Assembly (NCBI GenBank): GCA_963665095.1
Contig: OY762069.1
Location: 2,848,001 to 2,912,000 of the forward strand
Source: an uncultured Desulfobacter sp.
GTDB lineage: Bacteria; Desulfobacterota; Desulfobacteria; Desulfobacterales; Desulfobacteraceae
Length of the DNA stretch: 64,000 nucleotides
Direction of reading: 5' to 3'
Every line of letters begins with the position of its first letter. The first letter of the stretch is position 1. The notes under the pieces are model-generated. The model was not told where the DNA came from, did not search any database, and saw only the letters and a program-made list of their open reading frames with translations. The translations under genes and the position numbers were made by a program. Positions 39,358 through 50,276 of this stretch are shown piece after piece.

Positions 39358-40950
39358 TCAGCGGTTTGACCTGCCTTGGATTGATTCAGCTGTTGTTTTT
39401 TCCAGGTTAAAATCGGCCGCCAGACAAACCCGGTTTCTGCCACTGTTTTTAGCTTGATACAGTGCCTGATCCGCTTTTTTCAGAATCAATTCTATGGCTT
39501 GATCCTGTTCGGTCAGACAGGCCGCACCAATACTGACGGTCACGTTTACACGAGTTTCAAAACATTGAACCTTGAGTTCCATGACAGCTTTACGAAGCCG
39601 CTGGGCCCCTGTGACAGCCTGTTGGATATCCGTTTCGGGCATAATTACGGCAAACTCTTCGCCGCCTATCCGGCCAAAGGTGTCAATGTCCCGCAGCGTC
39701 TGTCTGCATGCACTGGTCACTGCCTGCAGGACAAGGTCACCCACATCGTGGCCATATTTGTCATTAATCATTTTAAAATGGTCGATATCCAGCATGAGCA
39801 CGGACATGGGTTTCTGATAACGGCGGCAGCGGGCTACCTCGTCCGTGCCTATTTTCATAAAATGGCGCCGGTTATACACGCCGGTTAACGGATCCGTGGC
39901 GGCAAGATAGCGTAAGTTATCTTCCAGCCGTTTTCTTTCAGTGATGTCCCGCCAGACCAGCAACCAGCCTAAGGGTTCACCCTGGGCACCGGCCAGACGG
40001 TTCACTCGAAGGTCAAAGGTGCACTCCTCCCCCATGACCGGAAACGTCATTTCAGAACTGGCGCCTTTTTCAGTCTGTTCGGGCAGCAGATCATTATCCA
40101 CAAACCGGGTGATTCTTTTTCCTACAACATCATCATTGCTGCGACCCAGTATTTTTTCCGCTGCAGGATTTATAAATGCCACCCGGTCCTGATTATCAAA
40201 AACCATAATACCATCAGAAAGGCTGAAGAACACCTCGTCACGGGCCACAGGCATCACATCATACATCCGGTGGCGGACAAAGCTGTAGCCCATAAGAAGG
40301 GCAGTCACACAGAAACTGATGGGGGTGGGATCCATGTTCGCCACCGGCAGCAGCTTGTAAATATAAAACAGATTGGCAATACATGGTACCAGAAGCGCCA
40401 CAAACAGCAGACGGTACTGCCGGCGAATCAGGGAGGCAGAACGAAGGTATGCCCTGAATATAACCGTGAAGATAACGGCAATGCACAGATATGAATATAT
40501 CACCCAGAGCCAGAAGGCCGGGCCATGGGTCAGCGCCAGCATAGTAAAAGGGCCGCTGTCGTCTCTGACCATCTCCGCCCAGACCCAGCCGTGCCATCCG
40601 TTTGTCCAGGCAAGGCCCAGCATGATGGCGCAGGCAAAATACAAAATATTGACCGCCTGCCGGTTCAGCCATGAGTCCCATCCTACATACCGCCAGATAA
40701 AGATAAAAAAGTTGGCCGGGATTGTACAGATGCCCACATATTGAAGCTGGGTGATCCGTATTTTGGCCTCTATGGAGTTGTCAATATAAAGCAGGGCCTC
40801 GCAAAATGCCCAGATGGCGCTGCCGATCAGAAAATAAAACAGGCTTTTCGCCCCTCTGGTGGACCGTCTGGGCCATAGGTAGCAGGCCGTCATGGCTGTT
40901 AAAACAGCGGCGAGCAGATTAGGCAGATAGTAAAAAGCACGGATGTCCAT
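39358..40950 (-). CDS. Diguanylate cyclase with 7TM (HisKA_7TM-like) and PAS domains
   Basis: N-terminal TM helices, PAS, DPLTGVYNRR, DIDHFK, RDID I-site, GGEEF. Confidence 0.92.
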   Translation of the reverse strand: MDIRAFYYLPNLLAAVLTAMTACYLWPRRSTRGAKSLFYFLIGSAIWAFCEALLYIDNSIEAKIRITQLQYVGICTIPANFFIFIWRYVGWDSWLNRQAVNILYFACAIMLGLAWTNGWHGWVWAEMVRDDSGPFTMLALTHGPAFWLWVIYSYLCIAVIFTVIFRAYLRSASLIRRQYRLLFVALLVPCIANLFYIYKLLPVANMDPTPISFCVTALLMGYSFVRHRMYDVMPVARDEVFFSLSDGIMVFDNQDRVAFINPAAEKILGRSNDDVVGKRITRFVDNDLLPEQTEKGASSEMTFPVMGEECTFDLRVNRLAGAQGEPLGWLLVWRDITERKRLEDNLRYLAATDPLTGVYNRRHFMKIGTDEVARCRRYQKPMSVLMLDIDHFKMINDKYGHDVGDLVLQAVTSACRQTLRDIDTFGRIGGEEFAVIMPETDIQQAVTGAQRLRKAVMELKVQCFETRVNVTVSIGAACLTEQDQAIELILKKADQALYQAKNSGRNRVCLAADFNLEKTTAESIQGRSNR

Positions 40951-41033
40951 CAGTACCTTATATAGGTTATTATTCAGTTATCAGGTATAAAAAAATATTT
41001 GGCAGTCGCTGACATGTATAAATTGTCATAATA

Positions 41034-41705
41034 TCAGCCCTCGAACACCAGGGTCCCAAAAAATTCAGGCCGATGAAAATCGGGGACGGGGAAATCCACT
41101 GGTGCCCAGGTCAGCCAGTGGGGATGAGAGGTGCTGTCCCCGCATTTATAAAAATTGCCGCGCCACATCTTACCAGGAACAGGCCTGACCACCGGGCAGT
41201 ATTTTTCAAGCAGGTCAAAAGGAACGGCGTAGGCAACCTCCCAGATCCGGGGTTCGGTTATTTCAGGCTCAACAATGTCAGGAAGCGTATGCGCAACAGC
41301 AATGGCATGGCACGCTTTTTCCGGAAGGACAATTCTGTTTTTCCTGGGTTCCGGCTGAAAGTGAAACAGCATGGTTCCGCCGCAGTTCATCTCAAGGTTG
41401 AAATAACCGGTATCCGGATCTGTCCCCGGTGTAAAAAAGAACTCCACACAGCTGTCCTTATACACCTCACCCTGGTGGTGCCGGGCCAAAGCCCTGATAT
41501 ACCGGTCATGGACCCGGAAGTGAACGCCAATGGCGTCCTGATTATAGACAGTCGTTACCTCAACTGTCGGAAAATGAACCGGCCTTTCCCCCATGAAATG
41601 GTTTAGCCTGGAAAAGGCTGCCTCCCGCCTTTCAGCGCCTTGTGCCATAAAGGTTTGGATCTGTAACCGGTCATGTTTTGGTACATGTATTAAGGGTACA
41701 GCCAT
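41034..41705 (-). CDS. Carbohydrate-binding family 9-like protein
   Basis: VYKDSCVEFF, YFNLEMN, WRGNFYKCGD...HWLTW..DFHRPEFFG. Confidence 0.8.
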   Translation of the reverse strand: MAVPLIHVPKHDRLQIQTFMAQGAERREAAFSRLNHFMGERPVHFPTVEVTTVYNQDAIGVHFRVHDRYIRALARHHQGEVYKDSCVEFFFTPGTDPDTGYFNLEMNCGGTMLFHFQPEPRKNRIVLPEKACHAIAVAHTLPDIVEPEITEPRIWEVAYAVPFDLLEKYCPVVRPVPGKMWRGNFYKCGDSTSHPHWLTWAPVDFPVPDFHRPEFFGTLVFEG

Positions 41706-41730
41706 ATCTTCTCCTCTAAAATAACGGGTA

Positions 41731-42909
41731 TTATGCAGGGGATTTGGGTGCCCTTTTGTTACGGATCAACAGCCAGGTAACAAGCGCAAAACCACCGGCA
41801 TAAATAGCCATACGGGCAATCACATGAATCGTGCTGGTCCATTCAAGGGAGATAAACCACATGGCAAATGCGGCCACGATAAAATAGAGAAATACCATTA
41901 AAGACGAGGCAGTACCGGCGCCATGATCCACCTGCTGCAGCACCAGATGGTTGCTCGGTGGCCGGCTTAACCCGAAGCAGAAGGAGGCAATGGCCATGGG
42001 CAGGGCAAGCCCCCAGGGTCCGGTGACCACATCCGAATACATGAAAAGACCTGCCACCAGTATCCCGGCGAAACTGATGGTGAGAATTTTTTCAGACGCC
42101 AGATGTCTCTGAATCCTTGCACAGACAAAAGAGCCTGTCATAATCGCTATGGCATTAAATGCAAAAAAATAGCTGAATACCTGCTCAGAGGTGCCAAAGT
42201 GGGTAATATAAATGCTGGAGGCAGACCCGATAAAGGAAAAATGAGGCAGGACAATGATTGAAAACAGCAGCACCAGTCCGATGTATCCCCGGTTGCGGAA
42301 CAATTTCAGATAAAGCCCCATGGTGGCCAGAATACTGATATCCTCGGTCTCCTCCAGCGGCTCTTTCAGCCAGGTCAGCCCGGCAATGGCAATGGTCCCC
42401 ATGCCCGCCTGCACAAAAAAGACCCAGTGCCAGGAGAAATACGTCATGATCAGGCCGCCAAACACCGGCGCCAGCATGGGTGCCAGCGCCATAATCACTG
42501 CCATATAGGCAAGGATGCGCTGCCGCTGCTCTCCATCGTACAGGTCTTTGGTTATGGCCATGGAGATCACCACTCCGGAGGAGGCCCCAACGCCCTGCAG
42601 CACCCGCAGACAGATAAGATAATAGATATCACTTACAAATCCGCTTAAAATACTGCTGGCAATATACAGAACAATACCGGCAATCAGCGGCGGTTTCCGG
42701 CCGTATTTGTCTGACAGGGGCCCGTACAGAAGCATGCTGAAACAAAACCCGATAAAAAAACCACTCAGGGTCAGGTTTACAACGCTCATGGGCTGCTGCC
42801 ACATTTTTTGCAGAAGCGGCAGGGCCGGAAGATACATATCCGTAGATAATGGCGGAAATGCTGATAGAAGCGCCAACAGGCACATCATTTTAAAGGTCTG
42901 GTTTTTCAT
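41731..42909 (-). CDS. Bcr/CflA-family MFS efflux transporter
   Basis: LSAFPPLSTDMYLPALP, YGPLSDKYGRKP, APMLAPVFGG. Confidence 0.9.
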   Translation of the reverse strand: MKNQTFKMMCLLALLSAFPPLSTDMYLPALPLLQKMWQQPMSVVNLTLSGFFIGFCFSMLLYGPLSDKYGRKPPLIAGIVLYIASSILSGFVSDIYYLICLRVLQGVGASSGVVISMAITKDLYDGEQRQRILAYMAVIMALAPMLAPVFGGLIMTYFSWHWVFFVQAGMGTIAIAGLTWLKEPLEETEDISILATMGLYLKLFRNRGYIGLVLLFSIIVLPHFSFIGSASSIYITHFGTSEQVFSYFFAFNAIAIMTGSFVCARIQRHLASEKILTISFAGILVAGLFMYSDVVTGPWGLALPMAIASFCFGLSRPPSNHLVLQQVDHGAGTASSLMVFLYFIVAAFAMWFISLEWTSTIHVIARMAIYAGGFALVTWLLIRNKRAPKSPA

Positions 42910-43087
42910 TAACAAAATTTCTATATGTTTATCTACGCTCATAACCGGATAAACTCCATTCCGGCTTTTATCCACTCAAACCCTTGTTGCCGCAGTTAAA
43001 TTGTGGCAAAAAAGAACTAATTTTATGCTAAATGGCCTATTATTTCAATCAAAGAAAGATCAAAGCGGTGAATGGTTGATAAATCCC

Positions 43088-43115
43088 TTGACATTCTTAA
43101 TTTTTCCGGTATGAT
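43088..43115 (+). promoter_or_regulatory. Sigma70-type promoter for the cold-shock gene
   Basis: TTGACA-N16-TATGAT, leaving a ~115 nt 5' leader, in line with the long leaders of csp genes. Confidence 0.55.
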
Positions 43116-43238
43116 ACGCCAAATGCACTTTTTGTATGTGCATATGTTCCTTACCTTAAGGTGTATATCCAAATTTTTCTGTGATTACCCCCAAAGTTTG
43201 AAGCAAATTTTTATTTTTTTATTTAGGAGAGTGCCAAC

Positions 43239-43442
43239 ATGGCAAAAGGTACCGTAAAGTGGTTTAACGAGACTAAAGGTTTTGGATTTATTGAAGTAGA
43301 AGATGGTGGAAAAGATGTTTTTGTCCATCATTCAGGTATTAACGCAACAGGATTTAAATCCCTGAATGAAGGCGATAGAGTCTCATTTGACATTGAGCAG
43401 GGTCCTAAAGGGCCGTCTGCTTCAAATGTTACAGTGTTGTAA
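43239..43442 (+). CDS. Cold-shock protein (CspA family)
   Basis: [15 protein letters not shown] (RNP1), DVFVHHS (RNP2). Confidence 0.97.
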   Translation: MAKGTVKWFNETKGFGFIEVEDGGKDVFVHHSGINATGFKSLNEGDRVSFDIEQGPKGPSASNVTVL

Positions 43443-43560
43443 CAGACCACTTTTCATTTATATCTGCCGTGGGCGGATCGGATTTTATTGTTTCTAATTC
43501 ACTCCGCGACAAACATAAAAGGGCTTTGACCTAAAAGTTCTTTTATTTGAATAGTGATTA

Positions 43561-43594
43561 AAGCCCCTGAGGATTATTACCCCGGGGGCTTTTT
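43561..43594 (+). terminator. Rho-independent terminator
   Basis: AAGCCCCTGAGG...CCCCGGGGGCTT imperfect stem followed by a T-run. Confidence 0.6.
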
Positions 43595-43867
43595 GCGTTT
43601 GGGCACCATGCCTGAAGCCGAATTTAATACCGGTCAGGGCTTCGTCGCCTTTGACCGCAGCTTGTTTGACGGGCTTAAACCAGCCCCCATAAGGTATTCC
43701 CTTATAGACATCTATCCAGATAGGTGATAGTGAACTGGACGAGATTGAATTTCCAATAAAGCTGCATCTGATTCCCGGCCCACTTTGTCTATCCCCATGT
43801 GTCCTTATTGGTTGGATTTTCAACGTCTCAAATTGTAATGCAATCCAGCCAAAGGAGTAAAAAACTG

Positions 43868-44413
43868 ATGAAAATTCGATCTGAAAATTTTAAATCGGTT
43901 TCGCTGATTAGAATGATCCTGATGTTTTCACTTCTTTTGTGTTTTTCATGTGCCAAATCAACGCCACCGCCAAAACAGGCGCTCATCACCCCGGAAGAGA
44001 TCGAGTATTTTAAGCCGGAGCTCAACTCCAGGGAAGACGCTGTCACTCTTTTAAACAGGTTGCTGATTAAAAACAGCAGAGACCCTTTTTGGTTCAGACT
44101 TATTTTTCAAAAAAGAGAGAAATTCTCAGGATATGCCTATTTTGACTGCAGCATTGAGGGAATATCAGACCAAGGGTTTGATATATCTACACTACAGATT
44201 ACCGGCCTTGAAAAGTGGACTGATTTTAACTATTTAGTACCCTATACGTATCCAGCGCTGCAGACGTATCAGGGGGCATGGGTGATTTCATTTAATCCCC
44301 ATATCAGCCAGCCAAAAAAAATAAAAACAGCTGTCGTCGGCTTTCATAGAAAAGACATGACCATAGCGGTGTATCATTGTCTATACTATTTGGCTACGGG
44401 GAAAACACTGTGA
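43868..44413 (+). CDS. Hypothetical lipoprotein (start uncertain)
   Basis: Hydrophobic stretch ending in a CFSC lipobox-like motif; GTGA overlap with the next gene. Confidence 0.55.
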   Translation: MKIRSENFKSVSLIRMILMFSLLLCFSCAKSTPPPKQALITPEEIEYFKPELNSREDAVTLLNRLLIKNSRDPFWFRLIFQKREKFSGYAYFDCSIEGISDQGFDISTLQITGLEKWTDFNYLVPYTYPALQTYQGAWVISFNPHISQPKKIKTAVVGFHRKDMTIAVYHCLYYLATGKTL

Positions 44414-45564
44414 AGCATTTAAAAATTGCTGGATTCGTCTTTTTATTTATTACCGCCCTTGTTCATGAGGGAACTGCATCCAAATCCGTAATGCTAAGTG
44501 CTGTCCATCAGGACATCTACGCCTTGCTAATTGGAATATCCGACTACAAAGATGAAACCATTCCAGACCTCGATTATACTTTTAACGACATTATCCTTCT
44601 GGGAACAACCCTTGTGGAATCATTGGGCGTGGCCCCTGATCTGATGAAGGTATTAGTTGATTCGGCTGCCAGCAAAGTGAATATTGAAAATCAGCTTCAT
44701 CGGCTTGCAGAGCACACCACTCCGTCTGATCTTGTCATCATATATTTCAGTGGTCACGGTGCAGTAGGGAAGGACCGGGACGGGGATGAATCTGATGGCA
44801 CTGACGAATATATTCTTCCATGGGATACCCAAAGAGGCAAGCTTTATACTGCCATTTCAGACGATATGCTGGGCTACCTGCTCTCCATGATAACAGCAAA
44901 AACCATTCTGATTTTTGATTCATGTTATAGCGGCGGCGCGGCAAAAGGGGTCAGAGGATTCAGCATGGCCAAATCAAACACCAGGGCCACTAACAAAGAC
45001 AGCCTTTTAAGAGATGTCTCAAGAGAAAATATTGCCGTTCTTACCGCATCAAAACCAGAAGAACTGGCCCAGGAATCTGCCAGACTGGGAAAGGGCAACG
45101 GACTTTTTACTTACTTTTTATGCAAGGGATTACAGGAGAAAAAGGAAAACCAGAATACCAGACTAACCATTGAAGACTGGTATAAAGATATCAATAACAA
45201 GGTGAACCGGTGGACATATGCCAATGAAATGCCAAAACAGACCCCTTCCTATATCAACAAACTGGGCAAGGGGTTCCTGCTTCCACTCTCCTCGACAACT
45301 AAAAAAGCAAAATGGCGATATAAAGAGTCTCAAAAAACTATTGCCCAACCTGCTCAACAAAAAAAAATACTGGTAAATGACGGTTACTATAAGACCGTCC
45401 GGGTGGGTGGAAAATGGAAATCGACCGGACAGTATGGCGGCATGGTCTTTGTGCCGGGTGAAGAAAAAAAAATATGGGTGGAACCTGAGTACCAATACAT
45501 AGAAATTCCTGCCGTATATAAAGATCAGCCCACAGGTGAAATTGTTTTTTATACAATCGATTAA
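44410..45564 (+). CDS. Exported caspase-family (peptidase C14) protein
   Basis: Signal peptide; YALLIGISDY, YFSGHG (His), FDSCYSG (Cys), GLFTYFL. Confidence 0.88.
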   Translation: MKHLKIAGFVFLFITALVHEGTASKSVMLSAVHQDIYALLIGISDYKDETIPDLDYTFNDIILLGTTLVESLGVAPDLMKVLVDSAASKVNIENQLHRLAEHTTPSDLVIIYFSGHGAVGKDRDGDESDGTDEYILPWDTQRGKLYTAISDDMLGYLLSMITAKTILIFDSCYSGGAAKGVRGFSMAKSNTRATNKDSLLRDVSRENIAVLTASKPEELAQESARLGKGNGLFTYFLCKGLQEKKENQNTRLTIEDWYKDINNKVNRWTYANEMPKQTPSYINKLGKGFLLPLSSTTKKAKWRYKESQKTIAQPAQQKKILVNDGYYKTVRVGGKWKSTGQYGGMVFVPGEEKKIWVEPEYQYIEIPAVYKDQPTGEIVFYTID

Positions 45565-45632
45565 TGTATGAATAGCGTTCCAATCATTGGGTTCGCTGTC
45601 TTTATCAGCAACAGTTTTATACAGGAGGAAAA

Positions 45633-45923
45633 ATGAAAAACTTTGCGATTGTGGTGGTGGCAGTATGTCTGTTTCTGACTGTTGGATGCGCCAGCGGACC
45701 GAGAACAAGGTATCAATGGGTCCATCCAGATAAAAATTCAACCCAGTACACCAGGGATTACAATGAATGTAATGAAGCTGTATCAAAAAATGTTAATTTA
45801 CGGCTGAAAAGTGCTTTGGGCTGGGCAAAAGGCAACACCAGCGCAGCGGATAATGAATGGCGGCAAAGAATTAACTCATGCCTGGAAGATAAAGGCTGGC
45901 ATTTGGAAGAAATTCAGGAATAA
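45633..45923 (+). CDS. Small lipoprotein, paralog 1
   Basis: Lipobox TVGC; WVHPDK...DYNEC...CLEDKGW. Confidence 0.7.
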   Translation: MKNFAIVVVAVCLFLTVGCASGPRTRYQWVHPDKNSTQYTRDYNECNEAVSKNVNLRLKSALGWAKGNTSAADNEWRQRINSCLEDKGWHLEEIQE

Positions 45924-45928
45924 AATCA

Positions 45929-46186
45929 ATGAAAATCAACTATCTGATAACAATCAGCACCTTTTGTTTCCTTTTTATGGGGTGTGGTGGTCATACCGTC
46001 GCATCCTACACCTGGACCCATCCTGAAAAAGACAATTCACAATTTGCCAAAGACCAGCAAGCGTGCATTGATCAGCTAAATCAGGATCAGATATCCAATG
46101 CAATTGGCAATACCCAGAACACTACCGCAGAAAAAGACTTTAACAGGTGCCTGAGAAGCAAAGGCTGGTCCTTTACAGGGTATTGA
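45929..46186 (+). CDS. Small lipoprotein, paralog 2
   Basis: Lipobox FMGC; WTHPEK...DQQAC...CLRSKGW. Confidence 0.7.
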   Translation: MKINYLITISTFCFLFMGCGGHTVASYTWTHPEKDNSQFAKDQQACIDQLNQDQISNAIGNTQNTTAEKDFNRCLRSKGWSFTGY

Positions 46187-46444
46187 AACGACAAACGCCA
46201 TCTGATGGGTTTGGCAATATTGTCCGGGATATTATTTTAAATTTTGTATTTGTAAAGGATATGCAAAACCAGGACATCCTGTCTTGAAAAATGACCCTTT
46301 CACTGGTTGGCAAATTGGAACAGTCATGAATGAAAGCAGCTTAATATGGGTTGCGATCAGAAATAAACTATTTGATCATTTCGCACTAAAATTATAGTTT
46401 AAGGTTATCTTTAAATAAAACTTGATAATGACAAATAGTACTTC

Positions 46445-48472
46445 GTGACAAACATCATAAAAGAAAAAATATATAGAATATCTATATCAGTACTATTTGG
46501 CATTATCGGCTTTTTTGTCAATTTTAACACGATAATGTTCCCCTTTGGGGATTACACCGTAGCCATACTTTTGGGCCTGCTGTTTCCCCTTCTCATCTCC
46601 ATTAGCTGGGGGTGGAAATACGGATTGCTTTCAGCTCTGTCAGGCGGCACACAAACCATGTGGTGGCTGTGGGGTCCCTCAAACGGTTATGCCGTATTTT
46701 TGATCGTACCACCGTTTACACTCTGGATCGTCTGGCACGGATATCTTGCCGGAAGACGTAAACGGGGAAAGTACAGGTGGTGGTTTAACATATACTTATG
46801 GGAAATCCCCTTCCGGTTTCTCAACACGCTAAACCTTCTGACAATAACCAGATGGGCTGTACAGCAAAACCCGCCACACTGGAAATGGGCGTCCAACGCG
46901 ACAAATACTGTTTCATTCGAGTTTTCTTCATTTGTGGCAATCAAGCAGGCCATCATCGCCTACATCCTGCTGCTGTCCGCAGATGTACTTTTAAACCTTG
47001 CACCGGTGCGGCAGTTTTTCAGACTGAAACCCAGATCAAACCAGAAACATACCGGATATATAATCAGCTTTACCCTGCTTTTAGGTTTTTCTTACTGGTT
47101 TCTGGACAGTGTTCTGTACACCTATCTGGCCAAAGACAATCTCACCTTTATTGATTATCTGGCACGAAATATTCCACGGACCAACCTTACCACAAGAGTC
47201 GTTTTCATCATATGCAGTCTGACAGCAGGGCTTATCACGTCACATCTGCTTCGCCGTCAGAAAACCGATGAAATTGCCCTGCAAAAAGTTCAAAAGGAAG
47301 CCACAAACCGGGAAGCGCTTTTATCATCTCTGATTAGTGCCATCCCGGATTTAGTATGGCTTAAAGATGAAAATGGCGTATATCTGGCCTGCAATTCCCG
47401 GTTTGAAGACTTCTTCGGTGCAAAAGAACGCGATATTATCGGCAAGACGGATTATGACTTTGTTGGCAAAGAACTGGCTGATTTTTTTAGAATGCATGAT
47501 AAGAATGTAATGATAAAGTGCAGTGCCTGCACAAATGAAGAGGAGATAACGTTTGCAAACGACGGGCATTGTGAGTTGCTGGAAACGACAAAAACGCCAA
47601 TGTATAACAAAAATGGCGAGCTAATCGGGATATTGGGTATCGGTCGCGACATTACAGAGCGGAAAAAGACACAGGAAATGCTCATCCAGTCTGAAAAAAT
47701 ACTCTCCGTGGGCGGACTTGCGGCAGGTATGGCCCATGAAATCAACAACCCCCTGGCCGGCATGGTGCAAAATGCCTATGTTATGAAATCCCGGCTGGCA
47801 GGTGTTAATATCCCGGCAAATCAGCAGGCGGCGGCAGCACTTGGCATCCGCATGGAGGATATCACTGCCTTTTTAGAAAAAAGAAATATTTTCCGAATGC
47901 TTGATGCCATCCAGGAATCAGGTGCCCGTGCCGCTGAAATCGTCAACAGTATGCTCAATTTTGCCAGAAAATCAGACACCAGCTTCTCCTCCCATTATCC
48001 TGACCAACTGATGGATACGATTCTTGACCTGGCGGCAACGGACTACGATCTGAAAAAACAGTATGATTTTAAATCCATTGAAATTGTAAAAGAATATGCT
48101 GACAATCTACCCATGCTGGCCTGTGAAGGGGCAAAAATTCAACAAGTGATGCTCAACATCCTTAAGAATGGTGCCCAGGCTCTGCATATGGCAAAAACAA
48201 AGTCACCCAGGCTTACACTCAGAGTCTACAGCAAGGGGGTGCCTGAAATGATTCATATAGAAATAGAGGACAATGGGCCGGGCATGGATGAACAAACCCG
48301 TTCAAAAGTGTTTGATCCTTTTTTTACAACAAAACCGGTTGGAATTGGTACGGGATTAGGGCTGTCGGTTTCTTATTTTATCATCACTGAAAACCATAAC
48401 GGTACAATAGACGTTATTTCTGAACCGGGAAAGGGCACGAATTTTATTATCCGACTCCCGGTTAACGGGTAA
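46445..48472 (+). CDS. Membrane PAS sensor histidine kinase
   Basis: Multiple N-terminal TM segments, PAS (IPDLVWLKD), AHEINNPL, NILKNG, DNGPG, FFTTK..GTGLGL. Confidence 0.92.
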   Translation: MTNIIKEKIYRISISVLFGIIGFFVNFNTIMFPFGDYTVAILLGLLFPLLISISWGWKYGLLSALSGGTQTMWWLWGPSNGYAVFLIVPPFTLWIVWHGYLAGRRKRGKYRWWFNIYLWEIPFRFLNTLNLLTITRWAVQQNPPHWKWASNATNTVSFEFSSFVAIKQAIIAYILLLSADVLLNLAPVRQFFRLKPRSNQKHTGYIISFTLLLGFSYWFLDSVLYTYLAKDNLTFIDYLARNIPRTNLTTRVVFIICSLTAGLITSHLLRRQKTDEIALQKVQKEATNREALLSSLISAIPDLVWLKDENGVYLACNSRFEDFFGAKERDIIGKTDYDFVGKELADFFRMHDKNVMIKCSACTNEEEITFANDGHCELLETTKTPMYNKNGELIGILGIGRDITERKKTQEMLIQSEKILSVGGLAAGMAHEINNPLAGMVQNAYVMKSRLAGVNIPANQQAAAALGIRMEDITAFLEKRNIFRMLDAIQESGARAAEIVNSMLNFARKSDTSFSSHYPDQLMDTILDLAATDYDLKKQYDFKSIEIVKEYADNLPMLACEGAKIQQVMLNILKNGAQALHMAKTKSPRLTLRVYSKGVPEMIHIEIEDNGPGMDEQTRSKVFDPFFTTKPVGIGTGLGLSVSYFIITENHNGTIDVISEPGKGTNFIIRLPVNG

Positions 48473-48565
48473 AATGACAATTTTTTAATTTCAGGCCCCG
48501 GCATTTATTGAGCAGTATTAAATTATCGGAGTCATAATCCTATTCTTCCACCAGGGGGGGGTGTT

Positions 48566-49588
48566 TTGTTCACTGAAAAAAGCAGTATTGCAGTGGTGGG
48601 GGCCGGTGCCATCGGCGGTGTGTCTGCCGCCCTGATCAAGCAGGCCGGGTACGATGATCTGGAGCTTGTCTGCAAACATACGGATCTGGCTGGGCAAATA
48701 AGGGAAAAGGGGCTCAAAATCACCGGTATCAAAGGGGACTGCAATGTCAAAATGAATGCAGTGGCAACGATTCCGGAAATGTCCGGCCCCAAGGATCTGG
48801 TGCTTCTGGCCACCAAGGCCAATGATTGTATTGCAGCGGCCCAGGATCTGCTGCCTTTTCTTAAGCCTGATTCTGTGGTGGTCTCTTTCCAGAACGGCAT
48901 CAGTGAGCCTGCTCTGGCCCACGTGCTGGGCAAAGACAGGGTCATCGGCTGTGTGGTGGGCTGGGGTGCCAGCCATGAGACGCCTGGTGAACTGGAAGTG
49001 ACATCAGAAGGAGAGTTTGTCATTGGCCATCTGGATGGGCAGACAGATGACCGCCTTGTATCTGTTCAGCGGATGCTCAGCCGAGTGAACCCCACACGGA
49101 TTACCGCCAACATCATGGGTGAACTGTATGCCAAGCTCATTATCAACGCCTGCATCAACTCCCTTGGTGTTATTGGCGGTGTCCGGCTGGGGACGTTGCT
49201 TTCGGACAAAAGGGCCAGGACGGTTTTTGTTCTGATCATGCGTGAGGCCCTGGCTGTTGCCCAGGCCATGGGTATCAAGGTCGAGCCGGCTGCCGGAGGG
49301 AAACTGAACTATTACGCATTTCTGGGTGACGGGGTCTGGGCCCGGATGAAACGGGATCTCACCATTCGGCTGATGGGTGTCAAATACAGCAGAATCAAAT
49401 CATCAAGCCTGCAGTCCTTAGAGCGCGGTCGCCCAACGGAAATTGACTTTCTAAATGGTTATATCTGCGATAACGGCAGGGGAAAAGGTGTGCAGACCCC
49501 CGTGAACGATACAGTAAAAAAACTGGTGTATGAGATCGAGGCTGGGATCCGGCCCATGGCCATGGACAACCTTGACGACTTTTTTTAA
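48566..49588 (+). CDS. Ketopantoate reductase (PanE/ApbA) family protein
   Basis: VVGAGAIGG, LATKA, FQNGI, KLIINACIN, SSLQSLERGRPTEIDFLNG. Confidence 0.88.
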   Translation: MFTEKSSIAVVGAGAIGGVSAALIKQAGYDDLELVCKHTDLAGQIREKGLKITGIKGDCNVKMNAVATIPEMSGPKDLVLLATKANDCIAAAQDLLPFLKPDSVVVSFQNGISEPALAHVLGKDRVIGCVVGWGASHETPGELEVTSEGEFVIGHLDGQTDDRLVSVQRMLSRVNPTRITANIMGELYAKLIINACINSLGVIGGVRLGTLLSDKRARTVFVLIMREALAVAQAMGIKVEPAAGGKLNYYAFLGDGVWARMKRDLTIRLMGVKYSRIKSSSLQSLERGRPTEIDFLNGYICDNGRGKGVQTPVNDTVKKLVYEIEAGIRPMAMDNLDDFF

Positions 49589-49700
49589 TTAAGTTGCTGC
49601 AATCAATGTGTGCCGGGGAAATCGTGGACACCCCTTGTGCAGGCAGGTCAAAAAGTGGATAATGCGCCGACTTTGACTTACCTTACTGAACAGGGCAACT

Positions 49701-50276
49701 ATGAAAGAGAAAACAGTGCAATTAAAAGAGATTTACGCATCCTTTGAGGCAGATACCCGGGATCTGGTCGAGGGTCATGCCTGCACCCGGGGCTGCAGTT
49801 TCTGCTGTGAGCAGGCCGGCAGCATTGATATCACCACCCTGGAGGGAATGGCGATCCGCAAGGCCATGGAGAAAATGCCCAGGCCCCGGCAGAAAACCCT
49901 GACCAAAGCATTTCGAAATGAAATAAAGCTGCGGGAAGCCAAGAAAACGACCGCCTGTCCCTTTCTCATGAAAAACAGCGCCTGCATGATTTATGAGCAC
50001 CGACCCTTTTCCTGCCGAAGAATCTATTCCGCCCATGTCTGCTCCCAAACGGCACCGCCGGCAGTGAGCCGCCAGGTCATGGAGCGGGCGGACCAGACCA
50101 TTGCACAGTTACAGAAGCTTGACGACACCGGATATTCCGGCCATCTCTCCTACATCCTGTACATGCTGTCGGTTCCGGCTTTTTTTAAGACCTACACGGA
50201 CGGGGCGTATAAACCCGAGGAAATTATGGAATTTGGAAAGGCACACAGGATTGTCATTAACCGGATGATGGTGTGA
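49701..50276 (+). CDS. YkgJ-family Cys-cluster (Zn/Fe-chelating) protein
   Basis: CTRGCSFCC...CPFL....CMIYEHRPFSCR. Confidence 0.85.
   Translation: MKEKTVQLKEIYASFEADTRDLVEGHACTRGCSFCCEQAGSIDITTLEGMAIRKAMEKMPRPRQKTLTKAFRNEIKLREAKKTTACPFLMKNSACMIYEHRPFSCRRIYSAHVCSQTAPPAVSRQVMERADQTIAQLQKLDDTGYSGHLSYILYMLSVPAFFKTYTDGAYKPEEIMEFGKAHRIVINRMMV

Noticed and set aside
43494..43823. 109 aa ORF downstream of the cold-shock gene
   Set aside because: It overlaps the terminator and has no recognisable motif.
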